Positions 54,069 through 60,666 of a stretch of 64,000 nucleotides of DNA are shown one piece after another. The stretch is from an uncultured bacterium (lineage in GTDB: Bacteria > Actinomycetota > Coriobacteriia > Coriobacteriales > Coriobacteriaceae), in assembly GCA_905215725.1 (NCBI GenBank), contig CAJMRD010000001.1, positions 8,705 to 72,704 on the forward strand, read 5' to 3'. Under the pieces are notes generated by a model. The model saw nothing but the letters and a program-made list of their open reading frames with translations, was not told the DNA's origin and did not search any database. The translations under genes were made by a program, and so were the position numbers. Positions within the stretch are counted from its first letter, which is position 1, and each line of letters starts with the position of its first letter.

Positions 54069-54934
54069 GACAGGCCCTCCATATTCAAAAATGGCGAAGG
54101 GTCATCGAAGTACTTTGACACCAGGCATTCCATGGTGCCATCGGCAAGCATTTCTTGGTAGGCATGAGTGAGCTTGACGTCGATGCCACGCGTATCGTTG
54201 ATATCGAAAGCGGTGCCCAAACCGACCTCTAGCAGCGGCTCATCCAAAATGCGATATGTCACACCATAGTCTTTTTCGTAGGTGAGGAACGAAGACTCAT
54301 GCGCGGCGATAGCGTCGACCAGGCCCTCGACGAGCGCCGGGTTCAGGTATGAACCGTCCGAAAAGCTGTAGAGTTCCTTGATCTGCGGAACGTTTTCATT
54401 TGTATGATTGAGCAAAATGTCCTCGGGCTTGGTGGTGGACTGAACGGCCACGACCTTGTCCTCAAGATCGGCAAGCGTGTAGATGTCGCTCGCGGGATCG
54501 ACCGCGACCACCTGGCGGCTCGCAAGGTACGGGCCGGCCCAACGATACTCGTTTTCGCGACCCGTCATGCTAAAGCTGCCCATGACACAATCGAGTTCGC
54601 CGCTCGCCAGCAGCTCTTTCTTCTTTTCCCAATCGATCAGCTGGTACTTTGGCTTGTAACCAATGCGGGCCAAAGCCTCGGTCAATATCTCGACATCCAG
54701 GCCAACGATATCGCCGTACTCGTCGGTATACACAAACGGCGGATAGAGGTCGCTGCCGACGTTGAGCGTCTTAAGGTCGTCGTCTTTGACCTGCGAGGCG
54801 TCCAGACCTTTTGATGCAGACGTCGAGGCTTCGCCATTACGCCCAGAACAGCCAGCTATCGCTACGACAAAGGCACTCGCCACCGCAAGCGCAACAAACA
54901 ACGATATGGCAACCGAGCGACGGGGTCTTTTCAT
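54065..54934 (-). CDS. family-3 solute-binding lipoprotein (amino-acid ABC SBP-like), translationally coupled to the kinase
   Basis: Lipobox VAIAGC. SBP_bac_3 pattern (LNVGSDLYPPFVY...). Its stop overlaps the kinase ATG (ATGA at 54065-54068). Confidence 0.8.
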   Translation of the reverse strand: MKRPRRSVAISLFVALAVASAFVVAIAGCSGRNGEASTSASKGLDASQVKDDDLKTLNVGSDLYPPFVYTDEYGDIVGLDVEILTEALARIGYKPKYQLIDWEKKKELLASGELDCVMGSFSMTGRENEYRWAGPYLASRQVVAVDPASDIYTLADLEDKVVAVQSTTKPEDILLNHTNENVPQIKELYSFSDGSYLNPALVEGLVDAIAAHESSFLTYEKDYGVTYRILDEPLLEVGLGTAFDINDTRGIDVKLTHAYQEMLADGTMECLVSKYFDDPSPFLNMEGLS

Positions 54935-55031
54935 CGAGCTCCAGACGATCCTGTTTACAGACTAAAATGGTAAGAAATAATAGCAAACAAAACCACACAA
55001 GTGCCCAATGGTTACAGACGTTTTACCATGC

Positions 55032-55063
55032 GGGGCCTTCCAGTCGACTTGGCAGAAGGCCCC
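55032..55063 (-). terminator. hairpin terminator after the C-S lyase gene
   Basis: GGGGCCTTC-N14-GAAGGCCCC. Confidence 0.5.
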
Positions 55064-55078
55064 ACATGCAGTGCTCAC

Positions 55079-56293
55079 TTACCGTGCATTAAAAACGTAG
55101 CGGTCCAGGCGGTCGCACGCTTCCTTTACGCGCGAAAGCGGCAGCGCCAGATTCACGCGAATGTGGCAGGACCCGTGGAACGGGCGGCCGTCCTGATACC
55201 CCACGCCCACGCGCGCCCCCTCGTCGAGCAGCCACTGAATATCGCGGCCATGCTCGCGGCACCACTCGGTGCAGTCCAGAAACACCATGTACGTGCCCTG
55301 CGGACGCGAATAAGACACGCCCTCAAAATGCTCGTCCACGTAATTGCAGAAGTACTCGATATTGCCGGCAAGCACCTGGTTGAGCTCGTCCAGCCACTCG
55401 TAGCCTTGCGGCTGGTAGGCACCGATAAGCGCGTGCATCGAGAGGACGTTCATCTCGTTGTAGTGAGTCTTGTTGGACACGGCACACACGCGGTCGCGCA
55501 GCGTCTCGTTGTAGATGATGTGGTAGCTGCCGACCAGACCCGCCAGGTTAAACGTCTTGCTCGGCGCATAGAGGGCAACCGTGCGCATGCGGGCATCCTC
55601 GCTCACCGACTGCGTCGGGATATGCTTGTGTCCCGGCAGGATGATATCGGACCAAATCTCGTCCGAGATCACCACGCAATCGTGCTGGCGATAGATGTCC
55701 ATGGCGCGCTCGATTTCGTCGCGCTCCCATACGCGCCCGCAGGGATTGTGCGGCGAGCAGAACACCGCGGCATGGATGTTGTTTTGGGCGAGTTTGCACT
55801 CCATGTCCTCAAAGTCCATGCGCCACACGCCCCGGTTGTCGAGTTTAAGCGGGCTGTGGACAATGCGATAGCCCGCGGCCTCGATGGACTTGGTAAAGCC
55901 GATGTAGGTGGGGCTGTGGACCAGCACCGCATCGCCCGGCTGGACATACGCGCGCAGCGTCGACACGACGCCGCCCAGCACGCCGTTTTCGTAGCCGATA
56001 TGTTCAGGGCTCAAACCTTCGACGCCATTGCGGCGATTCTGCCATTCGATGATGCGGTCGAAGTACTCGGGACGCGGATTGAAATAGCCGAACATGGGGT
56101 GCTGGGCACGCTGAATGATGTGTTCCTGGACCGTGGGCACCGTGGCAAAATTCATGTCAGCCACCCACATGGGGATGCGGTCGAAGCCCTCGTCGGGTGC
56201 GTTCGGAGCCATACCGGGGATCTCGCCCCAAGAGTCAACGGCGATGGAGTCCATGCCGTGGCGGTCGATAAGCGAGCTAAAGTCGTATTTCAT
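55079..56293 (-). CDS. MalY/PatB-type PLP-dependent C-S lyase (cystathionine beta-lyase family)
   Basis: MKYDFSSLIDRHGMDS... start is typical of MalY/PatB. It has the SKTFNLAG PLP-lysine motif. Start at ATG 56293. Confidence 0.85.
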   Translation of the reverse strand: MKYDFSSLIDRHGMDSIAVDSWGEIPGMAPNAPDEGFDRIPMWVADMNFATVPTVQEHIIQRAQHPMFGYFNPRPEYFDRIIEWQNRRNGVEGLSPEHIGYENGVLGGVVSTLRAYVQPGDAVLVHSPTYIGFTKSIEAAGYRIVHSPLKLDNRGVWRMDFEDMECKLAQNNIHAAVFCSPHNPCGRVWERDEIERAMDIYRQHDCVVISDEIWSDIILPGHKHIPTQSVSEDARMRTVALYAPSKTFNLAGLVGSYHIIYNETLRDRVCAVSNKTHYNEMNVLSMHALIGAYQPQGYEWLDELNQVLAGNIEYFCNYVDEHFEGVSYSRPQGTYMVFLDCTEWCREHGRDIQWLLDEGARVGVGYQDGRPFHGSCHIRVNLALPLSRVKEACDRLDRYVFNAR

Positions 56294-56404
56294 GCTGAGC
56301 CCCCGTGCAAAGTGATTGTTTTGGTAGGCGTTATTGTCCACCAGCGTGGGCGGTTTTGGCGCGGGGTTTGGCGCTTAATTTGACGGGTGCGAACGAATGG
56401 CTGG

Positions 56405-57151
56405 TTAGTCTTGCGCGTCGTTGACGGCAACTACGGTTAGCTGGGTTTCATCGACCGCAAACGATATGTCGAGCCCGGCGAAGGCCAGATGATAGACGCG
56501 GTTTGGCTCGTGCTTGCTGCCCGCGCGGCGCGGATCTTGGCGAAGGACCTCGACCAAGCCGGGGAGCTTTGCGGGCGGGACCATATCCTGCAGCGCTTGC
56601 GGGAACTCAACATCGAGCTCTTGCCACGGAGCATCCTCAATCCAGCCGCCCGTCGCATCCGGGTGACAGTCGGCAAATGGAATGTAAGGCTTGATATCGT
56701 AGATGGGCGTGCCATCGCGCAGGTCGGCCCCCAGCACATGGATGATGGGGCCATCGTCGGTGGGCTCGACACGATCGAGCTTGACGCAGGTAAGCCCAAT
56801 GGGATTAGGGCGAAACGGGCTGCGCGTGGCAAACACTCCCACACGTTCGGCTCCGCCCAGACGCGGCGGGCGCACGGTCTTCGACCACTTGACGTTGGTG
56901 CCAGACCTGTCCTGCGTTTTGGCATCGGCAGCTATGTCCTTAGCCGTGCCGCCGGGCGTTCCGTTTTCGAAGCGCCACAGCAGCCACAGGTGAGAGAAGG
57001 AGTCCAGACCCTCAACCGCTGCATTGGAGGCAAATTCCGGCTCAAAAACGATGCGTCCCTGCAGATGAGGCGCCAAAAAGCTGTTGCGCGGAATGCCGAA
57101 CTTCTGCGGCAGGTCGGTATGTATGTGTGCAATAGGTTCCATGCCGGTCAT
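56405..57151 (-). CDS. trmO: TrmO/TsaA-family tRNA (m6t6A37) methyltransferase
   Basis: EPIAHIHTDLPQKFGIPRNS, SHLWLLWRF and RPNPIGLTCVKL motifs. The start may be at 57142. Confidence 0.8.
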   Translation of the reverse strand: MTGMEPIAHIHTDLPQKFGIPRNSFLAPHLQGRIVFEPEFASNAAVEGLDSFSHLWLLWRFENGTPGGTAKDIAADAKTQDRSGTNVKWSKTVRPPRLGGAERVGVFATRSPFRPNPIGLTCVKLDRVEPTDDGPIIHVLGADLRDGTPIYDIKPYIPFADCHPDATGGWIEDAPWQELDVEFPQALQDMVPPAKLPGLVEVLRQDPRRAGSKHEPNRVYHLAFAGLDISFAVDETQLTVVAVNDAQD

Positions 57152-57282
57152 TGTACGGCATGGAGGTGTGGGGCGTTGTGCGCAATTCTTCGCCGCAGTC
57201 CCCGTCGTGCAACCAACGGTTGCTTGGAAGGGCGCCTGCCGCCGCGTATGCTTAAGCCATCAACCAGCAGAAAGGAGCCGCT

Positions 57283-58110
57283 ATGGCCTTTGCAGAAAAG
57301 CTCATTGCCATCCGTCGCGCCCATCACCTTACCCAAGAGCAGCTCGCCGCCAAGCTCTTCGTCACGCGCCAAGCCATCAGCCGTTGGGAGCGTGGCGAGG
57401 TCACACCGGGTATCGATATGATGAAGCTCATCGCCGCCGTAACCGGCGAGCCACTGTCTCATCTGCTCGAAATGCCCGAGCACTATTGCCAAAGCTGCGG
57501 CATGATACTCACGCCCGACGACTGCGGCACCGATGCCACGGGCGCCACGACCGACCATTACTGCAAGTGGTGCTACGACCACGGCAAGTACACCTACGAC
57601 ACCACCATGGAGGCGATGATCGAGGATTGCGCCCCGCGGCTAGCACAAAACACCGGCATGTCGCTCGACGAAGCCGTCTCGCTCATGGGCGCCGTGCTGC
57701 CGCAACTGGAGCGCTGGCGCACCGTGCAGGAAAACGAGGAGCGCTACGGCGCCGAAGCGCGGGCGCGCTACGGCGATGAAGTCATCGATGCAGCAAACGA
57801 AGCGCTGCTGGACATGGATCCTCAGACATGGAACGACATGAAGGAACTTGAACGCGCTATTCTGGGCCAGCTCTCGATTGCCATGGGCGATGGCGATGCG
57901 AATGGAAGCGAGGCTCGCAAGCTTGTCGCGATGCATCGTCGTTGGATTGGTCTCAACTGGGGACGCGAACCCCAGAACGAAGCGTACCTGGGCCTCGCCA
58001 ATGGTTATCTTGCCGACCAGCGCTTTGTTGACTACTACGACAAGCCCTGCGGCACCGGAGCCACGGCGTTTCTGGTCCAAGCCATCGAGTCGTCACTGGT
58101 CCGCGCATAG
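57283..58110 (+). CDS. XRE-HTH + zinc-ribbon + TipAS-like (antibiotic-recognition) domain protein
   Basis: FAEKLIAIRRAHHLTQEQLAAKLFVTRQAISRWERGE (XRE). YCQSCG...YCKWCYDHGKY (Zn ribbon). C-terminal YGAEARARYGDEV...HRRWIG...YLADQRFVDYYDK...FLVQAIES is a TipAS pattern. Confidence 0.75.
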   Translation: MAFAEKLIAIRRAHHLTQEQLAAKLFVTRQAISRWERGEVTPGIDMMKLIAAVTGEPLSHLLEMPEHYCQSCGMILTPDDCGTDATGATTDHYCKWCYDHGKYTYDTTMEAMIEDCAPRLAQNTGMSLDEAVSLMGAVLPQLERWRTVQENEERYGAEARARYGDEVIDAANEALLDMDPQTWNDMKELERAILGQLSIAMGDGDANGSEARKLVAMHRRWIGLNWGREPQNEAYLGLANGYLADQRFVDYYDKPCGTGATAFLVQAIESSLVRA

Positions 58111-58161
58111 ACCGCGGCGGCTTTGGGTATTTCAATCAAAACCTCAACCGATTGGAGACCT

Positions 58162-58407
58162 ATGGCTACTGATCACGAGCTCGTGCTCTACGTTATGACC
58201 GGCTGCCCGTATTGCATAAAGGTCAAGCGCTTTTTGGCCGATAACGGCGTGACCATTCCCGAGCGCAATATCTCGACCGATACCGAAGCCGAGCAGACAC
58301 TCATCGCCGTCGGCGGAAAGCGCCAGGTTCCCTGCCTGTTCATCGACGGCAAGCCACTCTACGAGTCGAGCGACATCATCGCATGGGTACAGAAGAACCT
58401 GCTCTAG
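58162..58407 (+). CDS. glutaredoxin-family protein
   Basis: LVLYVMTGCPYCIKVKRFL CPYC active site and RQVPCLFIDG. Confidence 0.85.
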   Translation: MATDHELVLYVMTGCPYCIKVKRFLADNGVTIPERNISTDTEAEQTLIAVGGKRQVPCLFIDGKPLYESSDIIAWVQKNLL

Positions 58408-58600
58408 CACGCGCACTCTGTCCATCCAAGGAACCCCACCGACCCAAACATGTACGTCAGCATCCAAAGTCGACATTTTTCGACATCTTTGGATGCTGGT
58501 GTACAGCTTTTGCGGGTAGTCATGGACGCTCTTAACCGGCTAATTGTTTGAGGCGACCTTTGGATTATGGCTGTTTGACGCCACTGGAAAGGGTTTCCGA

Positions 58601-58844
58601 GAGGGCTGTGGTCAAAAAAGGGCAAATATGAGTACTGCTACCTGTTTAGTAGCAGCGATTTTGATCACTTCAGGAGCTATTCAACGTTCCATACGTCCGT
58701 AGACGACGCTATTTCTCCTCATATGTTCAATAAAAGTAGCTCCTAATGGGAACAAATCTCATCAGGAGTTACTATTTATAGCAAAATAAATGCAACTATA
58801 ATGGCAACAGTACTCATATTTGCCCTTTTTTGACCACGACCCTC
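58601..58844. mobile_element. MITE-like element: 42-bp imperfect terminal inverted repeats around a 160-bp AT-rich core
   Basis: Left is GAGGGCTGTGGTCAAAAAAGGGCAAATATGAGTACTGCTACC (58601-58642). The reverse complement of the right end (58803-58844) is GAGGGTCGTGGTCAAAAAAGGGCAAATATGAGTACTGTTGCC, identical at 38 of 42 positions by eye. Confidence 0.45.
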
Positions 58845-58939
58845 CAGAATAGCCGCTGAGGACGACACTAAATGACAAAATCCGGCACTTGGACGTTCTT
58901 ATATGATTAGCCATTGAAGGACACCTAACGACTACTCCC

Positions 58940-58964
58940 ATTCGCGACACACTGTGTCGCGAAT
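58940..58964. repeat. perfect 25-bp palindrome ATTCGCGACACA-C-TGTGTCGCGAAT
   Basis: Read directly. 12-bp arms around a single central base. Confidence 0.6.
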
Positions 58965-59241
58965 TAAGCTGGTCCCATTACCGAAGACCAGTGAGAGCTC
59001 CTGCCCAGAATCTCGATAGCTTAATAAAGCGCTCCCCTCCGGAAGTTCAATGGGCATCCAAATTCCAAGCTGAAAAGCAAAGGAGTATCGAAGCCGTCAA
59101 TGCTCATTTCCTATCGAGCAGGCGGATCAAAACAAGCTAATTAGCCCGATAAACTGCTTGTATTTTTGTCTACAAAACTGTATACAAAAAAGGGAATCCG
59201 AGAACCAGCGCTCGACATTATGTCGATCGATAGGAGGCGCC

Positions 59242-59508
59242 ATGGATGCTGAGCAGCTTGAAAAAATGATGGGATTTGCCCCTGGAGAGTTAGAGAATGC
59301 CGCGGAAGCTTACGAAAAAGATGAATGGCCGAAAGGCCGCACCGTTAAGCTGGGAAGGCCGCCGATCTCTGATGAGCCGAGCGCTGTCTTGTCGGCACGT
59401 GTGGGCGAATCGGTTCTTGAGGCGTTTGACGAAAAAGCCAAACGCCATGGGCAAACGCGCACGGAACGGCTCAGGGAACTCATAACACTTGATGCAATGA
59501 TTGCCTAG
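59242..59508 (+). CDS. ribbon-helix-helix (CopG/BrnA-like) antitoxin-type protein, orphan
   Basis: ATG 59242 after AGGAGG. GRPPISDEPSAVLSARVGESVLEAFDEKAKRHGQTRTERLRELI is an RHH strand-helix-helix pattern. No partner ORF of 60 aa or more lies next to it. Confidence 0.6.
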   Translation: MDAEQLEKMMGFAPGELENAAEAYEKDEWPKGRTVKLGRPPISDEPSAVLSARVGESVLEAFDEKAKRHGQTRTERLRELITLDAMIA

Positions 59509-59601
59509 GCACCGCTCCCCCGCCGAACCCAAACATGTACGCCAGCATCCAAAGTCGACATTTTCGACATCTTTGGATGCTGGTGTGCAGCTTTTTGCTA
59601 C

Positions 59602-59660
59602 ATAGTCGTTGGGGACGTTCTTAAATGACTAGTCGTTAAAGAACGTCCCCAACGACTAGC
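59602..59660. repeat. GACTAGTC-based nested palindromic repeat, copy B3
   Basis: ATAGTCGTTGGGGACGTTCTTAAAT|GACTAGTCGTTAAAGAACGTCCCCAAC|GACTAGC. Both arms carry a complementary change relative to B2 (A:T to G:C). Confidence 0.75.
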
Positions 59661-60613
59661 TAGCCGTAGAAGCGGGCTATGGGTGCGAGTGGCTGCTCGC
59701 GAAAGACGCGCTCGACGGCGGCGCGGTATTCGTCGACCTTTTTGGTCTTACGCACGAGCTTGTGAACGGTAGCGGGGTCAGCGAAAGCGCACTTGGCGTA
59801 GAACCACCACTCCTTCATACGAAAGACCGCGTTACCGCCAATCTCTTCTGCATAGGCCGCAAACAGCGTGTCGTGGAAACGCTGCAGCTCGGCTACCGTG
59901 GCAGCAGGGCCACCCTTAACCATGCGAGCCAGAGCGGGATTCGCAAGCAAGCCACGCCCCAGCATCACATGGCGTGTCCCGGGATAGGCCTCCACCAGCG
60001 CATCCATATCCTCAAGATCAAAAATATCGCCGTTGTAGGCGACCGGAAACGGCGCGCGTTCCAGCGTCTCGCCATAAAACTCTTTGCGCGGCGAGCCTGT
60101 ATAACGGTCCTTCTGTACGCGCGGATGCACGATCAGCTCTGTTAGCGGCATGCGGCAATACAGATCGAGCACGCGCTCGTATTCGTCGTCATTCTCCAGC
60201 CCCAGCCTGGTCTTTACCGACACCGGCAACGGCGACCGCTCGCACACATCGCTTAAGAACGCCTCGAGCTCGTCGAGATTGCGCAAGAAGCCCGATCCTT
60301 TGCCCTTGGCGACAACCGTTCCCGAAGGACAACCCAGGTTGAGATTGACCTCGCGGTAGCCCATGTCGGCGAGTACCCGTGCCGCCCACACAAACTCGTC
60401 CGCGTTCTTGGACATCAGCTGAGGCACCACGTTGAGCCCCTGGTTATTGGCAGGATCGATCTCCTTAAACGCCTTGCCGCCAAAGCGATTTCCCACCCGC
60501 GGCGGCGGCAAAAACGGCGTGTAATAGCAATCGAGCGCACCGAAGCACTCCGCATGCACGTGACGGAACACATGCCCGGTAATCCCCTCCATGGGGGCCA
60601 ACGAAAGGATCAT
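59660..60613 (-). CDS. tRNA-dihydrouridine synthase family protein
   Basis: MILSLAPMEGITGHVFR... and NLNLGCPS catalytic Cys loop; TIM-barrel Dus pattern. Confidence 0.8.
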   Translation of the reverse strand: MILSLAPMEGITGHVFRHVHAECFGALDCYYTPFLPPPRVGNRFGGKAFKEIDPANNQGLNVVPQLMSKNADEFVWAARVLADMGYREVNLNLGCPSGTVVAKGKGSGFLRNLDELEAFLSDVCERSPLPVSVKTRLGLENDDEYERVLDLYCRMPLTELIVHPRVQKDRYTGSPRKEFYGETLERAPFPVAYNGDIFDLEDMDALVEAYPGTRHVMLGRGLLANPALARMVKGGPAATVAELQRFHDTLFAAYAEEIGGNAVFRMKEWWFYAKCAFADPATVHKLVRKTKKVDEYRAAVERVFREQPLAPIARFYG

Positions 60614-60638
60614 CTACTCTTCTCTCATATCAACGAAC

Positions 60639-60665
60639 GTGACAAAGGGACAGTCCCTTTGTCGC
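60639..60665. repeat. TGACAAAGGGAC-GTCCCTTTGTC hairpin repeat, copy 4 of 4
   Basis: GTGACAAAGGGACAGTCCCTTTGTCGC, immediately after the ABC gene stop (60667). Confidence 0.7.
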
Positions 60666-60666
60666 A

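Larger units (their letters stand above)
58432..59630. mobile_element. low-GC ~1-kb islet bracketed by ~110-bp direct repeats (possible remnant of an inserted element; no recombinase gene present)
   Basis: 58432-58542 and 59516-59630 are direct repeats. Their core is CCCAAACATGTACG.CAGCATCCAAAGTCGACATTTT(T)CGACATCTTTGGATGCTGGTGT.CAGCTTTT(T)GC, followed by a GACTAGTC-family arm. The interior is about 30-45% GC by hand counts on 60-nt blocks, against about 60% in the flanks. Confidence 0.4.

Noticed and set aside
58762-58950. 62-aa minus-strand ORF inside the islet.
   Set aside because: It spans the right inverted repeat of the MITE-like element, has no RBS, and translates to Cys/Ser/Tyr-rich sequence.
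58432-59630. Integron-like cassette (attC - ORF - attC) interpretation of the repeat-bounded islet.
   Set aside because: I cannot identify RYYYAAC/GTTRRRY core sites. There is no intI gene, and only two repeats are present. I kept it only as a test suggestion (IntegronFinder) under the islet finding.
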